From: Paraspadella gotoi
Lineage: Eukaryota; Animalia; Chaetognatha
Direction: 5' to 3'
NCBI GenBank assembly: GCA_051294375.1
Contig: CM119263.1
Span: 25,758,436 to 25,822,435, forward strand
DNA: 64,000 bases
In this document: in pieces, positions 26,701-39,346 of the stretch
Position numbering within the stretch: position 1 is the stretch's first letter
Layout of the letters: each line of letters starts with the position of its first letter
The notes under the pieces: generated by a model
Told to the model about the DNA's origin: nothing
What the model saw: the letters and a program-made list of their open reading frames with translations, nothing else
Databases searched by the model: none
Position numbers and translations under genes: made by a program

Positions 26701-29572
26701 TGTCATAAAAATATATCTTATAACAGGAAGGTCTTATACAAATGCAAAAAAATTATTTTTTTGAAATTCGACCATGCCATTGATGAGCACATAACTAAGA
26801 AAGTAAGCAAGCTGGACGACTGGGAGTTGAAAAATAAAAAAAACGTCAGCAATTTTTTTATCAGGATACAAAATCTGAAGTTGCTACATATAAAAAATAA
26901 TTTGGCCCCAGTAATTTATCCTTTCATTTCACTCCCATTTAAAATCCGTGTAAAAAAAAAAGTAATTGGGGGTCATATACGGACAATTCGCTAATTCTCA
27001 ATTAATTTTTAATTGATATAACCGATTTGTTTTGTAGAAAAAAGAAGCTACTCTGGTTAACAGTTCGTCCTCCAAATGATTGATAAAATTAACTGTATGT
27101 TCAGACCGATACAAACTTACCCTTTTTGCCCGCCAATTTTAAGTTTTCTCGCCGACTCAACTATTAAACAACCATCTTTACTCTAAAATGTCACCGAAAG
27201 AACGCGACGATCAAAGTTTCTCACAGAATGCGTCAGCGGCTTCTCCTCGAATTTTTATTCAATTAAACTCCGCCCCTTGGCGCTTCGCTCGTGAAACTTC
27301 GCCGTTGTCTCGGGACGTGTTACCGCCGCTTTGGACGAACGTGTCGTTCGCGTAATCGTATTAAAAAGAAACGAAAGAACTCGTGAATGCGGGACTCTCC
27401 CCCCCCCCGTTAATTGTGACTCGGGGAAAGATTCGGCGAACCCGACAACCTGCGACTCGCGAGGTTTTAATTTCCTCTTAATTTAAATTACACGATTTAC
27501 TTAACGAAATGTTTACGTCTTCCGCGTTTCTTAATCGTATTTTTTTTGTGGGTAGTGTGGACCATCAAATTGTTTTACTGCCAGAAGTTAAACGTCTTGA
27601 AAAAGTTCAAACCTTTGACTTTTTCCTTTCGACTTTTATCTTTTAATTTAAGGCGGACAAGGGGGTAAAACTTTGTGTGGGATTTTTTTTTTTTTTAATT
27701 TTAAAATTTACACTTTTGTGACAATTTTTTTTGTTTTTCTTTGGCTTTGAAACAATCGAAACTTAAATGACAAAGGAAATGATTTATCTACAATATTTTC
27801 GCGTCGTACGACACGTTTTAGTGATTTCAAAGCAACACCTGTTTGAGAATAACTGCGATATTTTTTTGAATACTTTACCTTCTCACTTTCTATTTAGCAA
27901 TAATAATACGTCCGGAATGAATTTCTTTGTTACTTCACCTTCCGCAGATCCAACAAACGAAAAACAATATAGAAATCGTTCAGACTACAATAACGACAAC
28001 AACAACGACAACAACGACAAGAACTTTAATCCTTTTTTCAAATGACGCTGACGCCACCAATGCAATCGAAGACAGAAGCACAACCGTTGAGAACAGAGAT
28101 GCAACCATTACAAACTGGTGTCCAACCGATGCAGACAAAGTCTCAAGAGACGGAGAAAGGGCCTCCACCTTCAGAGAGCGAGACGGAGTGGGGAGACGAC
28201 GACTCAAAGGGGCAATTTCGCGAATTAATGGCGGGATGTTCGGTGAGAAGTTTAAATATTTGCATAATATGATGTTCTAATTTTATGTTATAACGTAGCC
28301 ATACTCTGAATAGCCAATAGCCAATAGCCGATTATTTTGAAAGAATGATTAATTGCGACCTTCACACATGACTGCCGATACCTTTTAATGATTCCGCTGC
28401 ATTTAATATTATTGCCGTTTTTGTTGATGGAGATGGCGAAAATTCTTTCTTTTGTTGCGCATTTGATAAATATCATTTTATTTTTCTCTCTTTCAAATTC
28501 CATGCTTTTTCTCTTCTGGATTATTTATATTCTGGTTATATTTGAGCCTCTATCTTCCCCTTTTTCAGTAGTACAGTTTCAGTAGTACATAGTACAAATT
28601 CCTAATCCAAAGTAATCCATTTCAATTCAATCTCTCTTTGTCTCCTCAGCTTTGTTTTTCGGCGACGATAATGGTGGCGATCGTGCGAGGCACGGCCTAC
28701 AGTTTCGGAGTTTTCTTAGGATCCTTTCAAGACGAATTCTGCGTGAGGGAGTGCACTCAAGAATTGGGATGGATCGAGTCTTTGTCAATAGGTTGACCAA
28801 TTGTCTGATCGGTTGACTGATCGGTCAAGTTGTCTTTTTCATCTTCTACATTATCTTTTTTTTTTTTTCTTCAGGACTAAATTTCCTGTGCGGACCATTG
28901 AGTTTATTTATTCTGGAAAGAGGAGGGATGTTCTTCACTTTCATTTTAGGTACAAAGTTATTAAATTGTTCCCTCTTCAAATATTAATTGTTTTGGGACT
29001 GTAATGGACGTATTGATTTGCACAATTTGGACAGGATTGCTGCTTTGTTCGCTCGGTTTGTTGATGACCTCCTACGCACAAAGTTTAACCATCTTGTTCT
29101 TCACTTACGGGCTCTTTTTCGGATTAGGTATATGCAATAAATAAATAAGTAATTCAATCAATCAATCAATCAGATTTCGATTCAACCCATCCCTCTTACT
29201 CTTAGGAACCTCTCTCATCTACTTGCCACCTTTCACCCTCCTTACCGAGAGGTTCCCCTCCGGTCACCCCCAGCGCCTGATCACCACCGCCTTCATCACC
29301 TGTGGGTCGCCGCTCGGCACTCTAGTAGTCAACCCCATCAGCGCCTACCTCATCAGACATTACGGGTGGAGACAATCTTACAGGCGAGAGAGGCCGTTTA
29401 GTGAATACGTGATGACTCATCACGTGATCACTCATTTGGTCGTTGAGGTTGCGACTGGATAAGGAATTCGTTATTTCGAAGATTCAAAGTAAAAGATTGA
29501 AAGATTTAAATTAAACTTAACATCAAGAAAGAAAGAAAGAAAGAAAAAAAGAAAGAAAAAAAGAAAGAAAAA

Positions 29573-29628
<56 letters not shown>

Positions 29629-32600
29629 AGGAAAGAAAAAAAGAAAAAATAGAAAGAACGAAATTGTTTGGAGAGAAAATTAAAGATAAGGAAATAAAGA
29701 AAAGAAAGACGGAAAGAATAAAAGAGGGAAAAAAGAATGACCCCCCCCCAAAAAAAAATTAAACAAACTGCGTCTCTCTTGATTATCCAGAATTCTAAGC
29801 TTGGCGATCGGCGTGATCGGGTCTCTGTGCTTGTTTCCGCTGCTTGTTAACAAAATCGCTTGTTCTCCGTCGAAGTCAAAGGACGTAGAGGAGGAAATCG
29901 AAAGAAGTCAGCCGCAGAGTAAGTTAGAGCATGTTCGAGGATGATGTCATAACTTTGTCTTTATTATATTTCCACATCAGATCCTACAACTACTTGTGTC
30001 GAAGGAATGAGCGTTTTCTGGCGAAAGTGGTCTCTCACTTTTTGGTAATCCAATTCCCGATGACCTTTTCGTTTCCTTTTAATTTTCGATACAAAGTTTT
30101 ATATTCCGATCTGACCGACAGGGTGGTCGCTCACTTCTTCTCTCACTTCGCCTACTACATCCCCCACGTGTTCATGGTCTCCTTCGTCCGCGACACAATG
30201 GCCGAGCCGCTCGTCCGCGCATCCCTCGTCCTTTCCGCCATGGGGGGCGTCGAGGCATTCTCTAGGTATTTTGTTGTTGTTGTTGTTGTTGTTGTTGTTT
30301 TTTTCTAAATCGCTCCGTCAGTCTGACGGTTCAAGGACGTCCAAAGGTGGAAGAGAAAAAGTGTAACAAAATAACATAGTATTTTACAAAAATGTATTTA
30401 AATTTTGTGTTCAGAGCGGCCTCTTCCTTCGTCGGGATGCTCTGCGTGAACCGCTTCATCTTCATCCAAGGACTTTCCATGGGAATCCTCGGAATCTTTG
30501 GCTCCTTTGAATTGCTCGCCGTCCATTACTGGCACGCGTTGGCCTACACCATGGCACAAGGTAAGCCAATGAGGAAGTAGATATGGGAAGTTGAGGGGGT
30601 CAGGTTAGGGATTGCTCTCTTACACCCCTCTGGTCCAGGTGTGCTAGGAGGATTCTACATCGCCTCCACTTACCCTTCGCTTCTTGACTTCGACATGACG
30701 GAAGATGAATTGGAGGTAAGGTCTGAACTTTGCTTCAAAGGCAACTTGTCAAAATCTCAAAGGGACTTCAAAAACCGGAAGTCTCGAGCGCATGATCTAG
30801 ATCCTGTCTTGATCCCGAAACTGGAACCGAATCTCGACTTTCCCTCGGCAGAGGACGTGGAAAGTGGCGAACGTGGTGATGGGACTCGGAATGTCGACCG
30901 GCGCGCCCACCGCCGGCGCCCTTCACGACGCCACGGGATCCTACGCGCCGGTTTTCGTTTTACTCGGCGTCTCGTATCTCATCGCCGCCGTTTTTCTTTT
31001 TCTCAGTCACACGTTGAGGCTGACGGAGGAAGGGCTGAAGGGTGAGTGAGAGGGTGACAGGGATGACAGAAAGATCAATGACCGAGTAGGGATGACAAAG
31101 TTTTGAGGATTCGACAAATGACGACAGAGCAGAAAGATTCTTCGCGTTCTAACAAATATTATCGAGAAAACGACCCCACATTAAGTCTTGTTTAGTTTAA
31201 GATCTTCTTTTCCGTTCCTTTCTTAGAAGCTTCGGGCCGAATAAGATAAAAGGAAAGACTAATGACGCCGCCCGCAATGCGGGTCCCGCTGCCAAAGCAA
31301 CGTAAAAGTTATGAGCTTTTGACGTCTTCCAATAATAAAAACCCCGAAATGGTTGCTAATTCAGGATGTCGTCGAAAAATTCGACACGATTACGAGTCAA
31401 TAGACGACGACGACGATGATGACGACGACGACGACGACGCTCAGCGGCGAAGTCGGATATCTGAAGAAACGTCGCCGTCGAAGTTGAAACGTAATTTCGA
31501 GAAAATGTTTCGGGACAAAAAGCGAAAAATGATCTCCAAAACCGGTAAGGAGAAAATGACCTTGCTCCGCTTCTGTCTCTTGGTTAATTTATTCGTTAAA
31601 TGACTCTTTTTACTACTTTCACTTTTTTCTTTGTCACTTGCTTTGAATTTTAATTTTAATTTCAGAATCGAATGTGTCTCACTCCGAAGGACGATCTGTC
31701 GATTTGCAAGATTGTCGACGCTAATGACTTAAATTCTACTTGTTAATTGTATTTTTGAGATAAATGATCGTTGAACAACTGAGTTATTTGCTTAATTTTC
31801 TTTTAACATTTGTTGCCGGTAGGTTGTTTTCATTCAGCGAAAGAAAGAAAGAAAAAAATATACGTAGAGAGAAAGATGGAGAGAAAAAATACATAGAGAA
31901 AAAAGAAAAGATGAAAAATGAAAAAAATAAATAAGAAAATAAATTAAAAAAAATAAAAAAAGGAAAAAAAAAGAAAAAGAGAAAAAAAAAGAGAAAAAAA
32001 TACAAAAAAGAGAAAAAAAATACAAAAATAAAAAAGAAAGATAAGAAAACGAAACAAATTAAAAAAAAAAAGATTAAAAAAACAAATATAAAAGTAAAAA
32101 TTTTTCAAGCCGAAACCGAAACATGCCACAAATTCCATTAAATATCTGAAGAGAGAATAATTACCAAGGGACTTGCTTCCTCCCCAGAACTCCGGGTCCA
32201 GAGCACCCTCGCGGTCCCACCCCCCCCCGTCTCCCTCCCCCGACCGCATTTAAAACTCACGAAATCCGCGATGAACATGTTCTCCTTGAGCATGGAGGCC
32301 ACGAACACGCCCCCTTCCGCCTCCAGCCAGTTGCCCGTCATGTCCAGTTTTTCAAGCTTCGTGTTCGTCTGAGAAAAATAGAAACCGTAAAATGATGAAC
32401 AACACTTTCGACTTAACGAAACACCGAGCCAATACTTTTAGCCGGATAGCCTCGCCTTATTCCTCAACAATTTTACCAAATATGGATTCAACTTAGCCCT
32501 TTCTTTTTGATATCGCCGCCGGCGCAGATCTAACGACCCAACCGATGCATCGTTTTGTTTAGTGACCATCAATAAAAAAAAAAAAAAAAAACAGACTGAG

Positions 32601-33565
32601 GAAGGGAAGGGAAGAAAAGGGATCATCGAGTGATGCCCGGGAGGCGAAGCATCTCGCAGGTTGGCGTAAGGGGTTTCGGGCCTTCGATGGGCACCGTTCT
32701 ACTAATACCTTCATGATTACGGGAGACCATCGGAATAGAACGCACAGTTGGTATGTTGCATTAGCCCGCTCAGCCATTATTATTTGTTAGCATTAAGTCG
32801 GTGGTGCGGCCGATCAGAGTCTCAGCCACATTAGCTTATTTAGAAATTCCTCTATTACTGAAGTTTAAATTAAATTACCTCGAGCGTCTTGGCGATGGCC
32901 TTGGCGCCGGCGGGACCGAGCCCGTGATACTTCATGATGATCTCCGTCTCCATGATGTTGCGGATGAAGTAAGAGACGGGGATGATGTCCAGGTCAGCGC
33001 AAAGGGCCAGGTAGAGGGAGCGGCCCGTCAGGTCGTTTTTGTCGAAGGACAACTCCCCCTCCTCGCCCACGTCCTCTTGGGGAGGGGTGGGTTGGGGAAG
33101 AGAGGATGCGGGGGTGAAAATGTAATGACTCTCTCTCTCTCTTTTTCCTTTTTTTATTAATTTTTTTAATCTGGCTCTAAATTTAATGTGGCAGTATTTA
33201 AAGTCTACAAATCTTTTTGAATTAAGAATGATAATATTGATCATAAAAATCTTTACTTAACTAGCAGAGAAATCTTTTTAATATTATTAACTTGTTAATG
33301 ACGAGAAAATTAATCTAACTCTGAAATTCAATATTGTCTACATACTTATTTGAGTTTTATGTGACCGAATTTCGGGCGACCTGCGCAGTGCTCACGCTCT
33401 AAATGCATAATCAAGTGAGTGGCTTATAGTTATACTTTTTTGTATCTCGACTTCGAGGTCCGTGTCGTATTCTTCATCAGAATCCGTCAATTCTTTGATG
33501 GAATTCGCGATGCTCTTTTCTTCGCTCTTCGTGACGACGGACTCGGTCGAGGCCGCCTCCGCCAT
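18600..33565 (-). CDS. LRRC74A: Leucine-rich repeat protein 74A-like (RI-type LRRs plus C-terminal EF-hands), 14 exons
   Basis: In-frame exons from ATG 33565: EEYDTDLE; YLALCADLDIIPVSYFIRNIMETEIIMKYHGLGPAGAKAIA (32879-33075); LEKLDMTGNWL; LDLSANEFSD; LILTHNKFCEDGG; LESLDLSWNNLRQRGALAVAEGL; LELDLTCNRI; NDPMTILKTYMKAKNLRLFDLFRGMDKDGSKSVTRDEF; LDADGDGEIDFSEF; TAA at 18600-18602. This matches the recalled LRRC74A/B N-terminal PVSYF..N......HGLGP motif and domain order; A versus B is not resolved. Confidence 0.85.
19122..19375. repeat. Tandem duplication of an approximately 140-bp unit in an LRRC74 intron
   Basis: AGTCTTTAGTTAAT.CCGATAATT..CGAGTAAGATTTT...ACATCAAGCT...CGACTATATGAATA...GAATAACGATC..TGCTCATGCTTA occurs twice. 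Confidence 0.75.
20999..21987 (-). mobile_element. DINE-1/HINE-like Helentron, copy C (reverse orientation)
   Basis: Reverse complement of the 3' end (CAAGTTTGAGCAAACAATGTCGGATCTGCC, 20999-21028), 18-bp minisatellite units at 21590-21672, (RGAC)n at 21821-21844, and the 5' block CCGACAAAGTGGATTATAGAGTCGGGATCTGCT at about 21933-21965. Confidence 0.7.
28042..31249 (+). CDS. SLC16/monocarboxylate-transporter family MFS protein nested antisense in LRRC74 intron 3; possible extension to 31724
   Basis: In-frame exons give GTAYSFGVFLGSFQDEF...LGWIESLSIGLNFLCGPL, LFFTYGLFFGLGTSLIYLP, YLIRHYGWRQSYRIL, FAYYIPHVFMV, LSAMGGVEAFSR and GAPTAGALHDATGSYAPVF, which are typical SLC16 motifs. The first in-frame stop is TAA at 31247-31249. 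Confidence 0.85.
32628..32780 (-). mobile_element. SINE-like element with Pol III A/B-box-like head; related element at about 42170-42300
   Basis: Minus strand TGGCTGAGCGG (A-box-like) and GTTCTATTCC (B-box-like). GTGATGCCCGGG.G...A.GCATCTC is shared with 42197-42223. Confidence 0.4.
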
Positions 33566-34706
33566 TTTGACTCTGAATTCGGAGTGAATTATTTCTAAAT
33601 TTATCAAGACGTTATCAAAATTAACTTCCGATCTATTCCGGAATGTAATTTTATAAAATACATCAAATTAAATAAATATAGTATGCAGAACATCTAGATT
33701 TAAATAAGGTTTCGGCACGTCATCTTAGAGAATCTTATAACGAGACAAAAAAGTGGTTAGCTTTTAGGAAGTTAACAATATTGTATTGGTGTAGTTTCAA
33801 CCTGGGATGCTGTAAAATAACTTTTGTACATCCAGCTTTTCGTGTTGAGTTGAGTTAAGTTACTTCAGTTTTAATTCTAGCGCATGATGTTGAATACGAA
33901 AAAAAAAGTCAATTCTAATTGTAAGTATTGTAAGTATTCAATTGTAAGTATTCAATTGTAAGTATTAAGTGCTAGAAAATCCAGGTTTTAGATTTTCGTC
34001 TTGAATGTTTGTTTTTAATTTTGAGTTCGTCGTCGCCGTGGTCGTCGTCGTCGTCGTCGTTGATTCTTCGGAGAGCCCGGATTCTATGGTGCGGAACACG
34101 CAATTCTGCGGCAGCCAAGAAGCAGCAGCTGCAACCAGCCGCAGCAGGGGTAGCTGAAACTAATTTTATTTGACTTTGGTTAGAACAAAACATTGACAAC
34201 ATCAAATGCCTATTGATTTTAACTGTTACTAATCCCCATTCATGAATGAAACAACTTAAATATTACTAACTTTCGATCCCTTTTAATTCTCTTTTATGTT
34301 CTATGACATTAGAATCTGTTAATCATATTAGTTTAAATTTCTTTGTCAACTCAAACCAGAATTGTACTGGGGTTTTATTTATTATCCTTTCTAGCATTTC
34401 CATCGTGATATTCATATTCATAAACATTTGTCCGCGTTACCTTGACTTGAAGTTACCGAAAATAGACTTAGAAACGAGATAAAAATAAGGATTTGTATTC
34501 TAATAAAATTTCATAAGTAATCATTAAAATCATGCGAATCATACAATTAATTGTAATGGATGTAATTACTGAATAAAAATTACTGAATCATAATTACTGA
34601 ACAAAGAACACCCTATTTTTCGGAGACATGTAATCTGTCAATTGGGTTAATAGTTCTTTTGTTGTTTTTCAAACAAATTTTTTTCGTCCTCGCTGATGAT
34701 TTTCCA

Positions 34707-37254
34707 TCAACGTTGATGCACAACGAGAGGCGGAGCTTCGCAGACAAACCAGGCAAAGTTGCTGCAGTCGGTGTAGCGCTCTCGAACTTGTCTTTCTAGC
34801 GCGTTGGACGAATACCAGGTGCAGGGCTTCGCGAATGGCTCGTCCACGCATTCCACGTAAGCCACGTAAGCCACGTTAGCAGAATTAAAAAAATCATCAT
34901 GGCAATTTCCGGTGGTAGCGTGAATGCAATCGTCCAAACTTGCTTCGTCTCCGACGCACGAGACATCGTACATTGAGAGTTCTCGAAAATTATTGAATGG
35001 CTCGTTTCTTTGAGAAGCCGATCTTGCATCAGAAAAACCCATTTCCCTATGTAAAGTGTTTTAAATTCAACATATTAGAGGTTCATACTGTTTACTTAAA
35101 TACACGCCGTTTAATATTTACCGACAATATACTTTTGCATCGGTTTGACTCCAACCTTTTCCACAAACTGGTATTTGTTTGCGTCTAACGATACCATGTA
35201 ATTCTTTTGGTATTACGGGTCGATTATACTTGAGCCACCAATAAGCCTTATGAATATTGAAGACAGTAAGAGATATTTCATTCTTTTAAGTTACGGTTAC
35301 AGTGTTACGTTTATGAAATAGTTACCATTTGACGACCCTCCGAGAAAGTTTTAATGAAATCATAAAACATTGTTTTTTGGCCATTTTCAATTTGAGCTAA
35401 TGTTTTTCCCAGCTTGTTTTTGCAATAAGCTTCAGCTTCCTCTTTCTGCAGCTGTAGTTGAACAAAGGTGTAGCAGTTTTTCACTGTAGTTACAAATCGG
35501 CCAGTGGTGTACTTTCTTTCCATACACTTATCAAAATCAATTTTTACATCGGTCTGCACCGTATTCTTATCATTGGGCGGAATTTCGCAAATAAAGTAAT
35601 GCCAATCATGGCAACCAGCTTGTTCCCAGGAATATCCATCTTTTTGATCCAAAGTGATTAGAAGACACCCGAAACGCTTCGGTTTTAAATTTGGTTTCCA
35701 ATCAGTGAATCCACCATCAAAGCTATGATTCGTATTGACCCAAGCCCAATCGGTGTCCGATTGACGAGCACCAATCCACCATTTTCTTTCACTGCGATAG
35801 TTTGGCCGACTGAATCTACCATGCGCAATATGATGCCATATTTCTGCGTTTTCTGTTGCCGACTCGATTTTCGCCAAAGAGCCTCCTCGTTCTTCGCAAA
35901 AGATTTGAGCTTTGGTCCAGGGATAATTTTCGACCACATACAAGTATGTGGAATTAGTTATGCTACTTTTAGTTTGACTGGCAACTCTCGGAACATCTTC
36001 CTGAACTGGTGGACTTTTGACGTTTTCAATTTTAGACTCTGCCTGACACAAAAATCGTGTTTTCCTTTTGCAATCGGACGAAACCCATTTTCCATTTTGC
36101 AAAATCATGCATTCCTTTTTGGGATTCGTTTCCGCCGATTTCCAATTGGAGGAACTTACTTCGGTTCCGGAATCGATCCAAGAATAAGTTCCACCCGCGG
36201 CATTCCTTCGGCCGCCGATCAAAAAGTCCATTTTTCCTTCCAAGATTGCTTGCTCATTTGCTTGCTTGTTGATAATGAATTTTGTTAAGAACTCGATCTC
36301 CTCTTTGCTCCGTAATTCGACCAAACGCCCGCCGATGAGTCGGCAGTGACGTTGCGCTCGATCGAAGGTGTATATCTCCTCGCTCAAGTAGTAGCAACTG
36401 GACCAATAAGCCGGCGGACCCACGAGCTGATACCCACCGGAATTGCGATGCGGACAAGATTGATTCGGATTCTTGAAGTCCTGGAGGACGAGGTGGTCCT
36501 TGATTCGATCCAGCGTGGTCATTATCCGGTAAACTAGCGGTGTCAATGACCTGGAGTCGACGTAGGGTCCGACGAAGTTGTCGGCCTCGTCGGTACCCGA
36601 GACATTGCGCGCGTTTCGCAATGAATTTTCGATCGCTGACAATGCGATCGAGACATTTGCCTCGAGTTCCATCGGTTCCATGTTAGAAGCATAGGTCCCG
36701 GATGTGATAGCGCTATCGTGACTTTCGAAAATAGTTTTGGCTTCGGAGAAAAATCCGGCGAATGCCTTGAACATCTGGACGATCCATTCCGGGTCGCGCG
36801 GGTCGAGAGTCGGAACTTGGGTTTTTGATTCGGAGTTGGATTCTTCGCTAAATTGGAAAACGACGTCAAAATTAGTCAACACTTATTTTTATCATTTAAT
36901 TCAGGATAAAAAAAATTAAAAAAATACAGTAGTGACTTTTATGCTAAACACTACTAACCTTCTATTCTGCGACTTAGTTGAATTGCCCACAGTGTCGATG
37001 GATGGATCAAAATTGACGCTGCGTTTAAGGATTTTACTTTTCAGCACCGGAATTTTATCGTTCGGTTCCAATTTACCGCCGAAGTCCTCTAATTTCTCGC
37101 CCGTGTACCTCATCCGAAAATCGTAAGAGATGAGCGCCAGTTGAGCAACGACAATCAAAAGCAGAAAGGAGTTCGACGCCAGCAGCGCGACGGTCGTCCT
37201 CTGCAAATACAAAGATGGTGTCAAGTCCTCGCTTTTTTCGCGACGCGATTTCAT
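34707..37254 (-). CDS. Type II membrane protein with three C-type lectin-like domains and an SRCR domain
   Basis: Exons 37254-36959, 36847-35326, 35246-35122 and 35046-34707 splice in frame. N-terminal TM (LLASNSFLLLIVVAQLALI), basic KILKR site, CTL1 CYY..AQRHC..GGRLV..FLIG..WVSSDC..FLCQ, CTL2 WTKAQIFC..WWIGA..WEQAGCHDWHYFICE, and SRCR VCGKGWSQTDAKVYCREMGF..MYDVSCVGDEASLDDC. Confidence 0.85.
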
Positions 37255-38044
37255 GTCTCTTCTTTTTCTTCTTTTTTTTTTTTTTGACTAATTTTGAATA
37301 ATTATTCATAAAAAATCACGACGGTTAGTAAAAAAAAGCTTTTATAATCTTTTGTAAATTACTATTTCTCATAAATTTTCGAAACATTCAACCGTTGGCC
37401 ATGTAAACAAATTCTTTTCTCCTTGGAAAACATGGACTTCGAAGCGAGAATTTTAAAATTCAAACTTAAACTTGAATTTCATCAACTGGGACTGTATAAA
37501 TATTATAAATAATCAGCAAGTAACTCCCAGTAACTCCCAGTAACTCTCAGCAAGTAACTCCCTCAATCAGAAAATAAATTATTTCAAAATTCAAATCGTA
37601 TTTACTCTTCTTGTGTTCACGAGGTTGCGAATTTGCATTTTGTTAAAATAAAGACGGGAAATCAGAGATGGATTATGAATTGATGCATTGATGAATTGAT
37701 CACTTCCATACGATTCTAACTTATAAAATTTTAACTTAGGATAACTTAGGGTTCTAATCGAACTCATTATGACTATTCACTCAACTCGCATTAAAAAAAA
37801 AAGACAAAACAAAAACAGTCTATTACAAAATATACCATTTTATTCAATTTAATCGAAATAGCAAAAAAGCATAAATTGAATGATCTTTGATCAGCATATA
37901 TTAATGACTAGTGACGCGTCCGACGAGCGGCAACAAAATCGCTCACTAAAATATAAACAAATATTTCAAAGGGTGGAAGATGACAATGAGAGGCCTCTGA
38001 TTGGCTCTTGATCAACCAATGACAAAGGGTATTTTGATTAAGTT

Positions 38045-39314
38045 TCAATCCAGCAACGTAACGTTCGATCTTTGCCTTATGAACAATTCCGACGCGAATT
38101 GATTTTTGTTTCTCAAGTCTCTCAAAGTTTTCGATTCCGTTTCAAGAGGCGCTGACGCAGACGACGCAGACGCAGACGACGCCGCTTTTCGACGTCGAGA
38201 TCCGGTACCTTTCGCTTTTCCTATTGTTCCGACGCTGTCGGAGTTATTCTCTGTTCCTAATTGCAAAACAAAAGACGGTCGAGAGGAACTGTTATCTTTT
38301 TAAGTTTAGGTGCTCTTTTTGAGGGTTGATTTTAAAATTATCTGAATCCTGATTTAGTTTAGGGTACTTCTAGATTGAATAATATACTGGATTACGTAGA
38401 AAAACTAGCTCGAATATGCGCCATTCATGTTATATTGCTATCAAGTTAGATATGAGTATCAAACCAGGTTAGTATTTTAACATTGAATCCCTTCTTATAC
38501 ATTAACCATTAACCACTAAGTGCAAAAACCTCGTCGGGGAAACTTTGTACCATCTGCGACCGCTAAAAATGACTAGTAGAACCTAAACTTTTTTAATGAA
38601 CTGATGCTGTATATTTTCCGAAAAATAGTATATTTATACAAAGATGGTTTGGCAACAGAACATTTGGTAAGGATATAAAAATCAACCGAAAAGCAAGGGC
38701 TCAGAATTCGAGGGTGAAACAAGGTTGCTGTTTTGTTTTTTTTAATGTAACAAATACCAACTAAATTTATAAATTAACTGGAAGAAACAAAAGAGCATCC
38801 GAAGGGTTTCACCGGTGAATCGATATATGCGAGGGCAAAGACCCGAAAAATACTCGTAGCGCGTTCCCACGCCCTGAAATACATCTGATTCAAATTTTAA
38901 AATACATTTAAATTTATTGAAATTGTATTGAAATTGTATTTTAATATATATCTATTTAATTGATAAATATTTTGTAGGACTGAGAAATGGAACCGATAAC
39001 GGTAACTGTTAGAGGGCGTCACGCTTTAATCAATAACAGTGATTTCAAGGCACAAACACGAGGTGAACAAAACAATGCAATAACGCGTAATAACTGATGG
39101 CACTTCCGGTCTGAAACGAGCTCCGTCACCGGACGGGAGTCTTGCCAACCGTGACGGGTCCATCGGAACATCTCAGCGGAGTGCAGTAGATGGTACAGAG
39201 TCCCCCGGTGGCCTGGCACTTTTTCCTCGTCCCCGGGCCCTTGATACCTGGGCCGGAGTCTCGTTTGCTCGAAGAGGCCGTCGAGGCCGCTGAGGAAGCG
39301 ACGGAGTCCACGCT

Positions 39315-39346
<32 letters not shown>

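Noticed and set aside
31247-31249. Genome-wide stop-codon reassignment
   Set aside because: The other genes contain no internal stops in conserved exons and end at TAA, TAG or TGA normally, so the MCT case is isolated.
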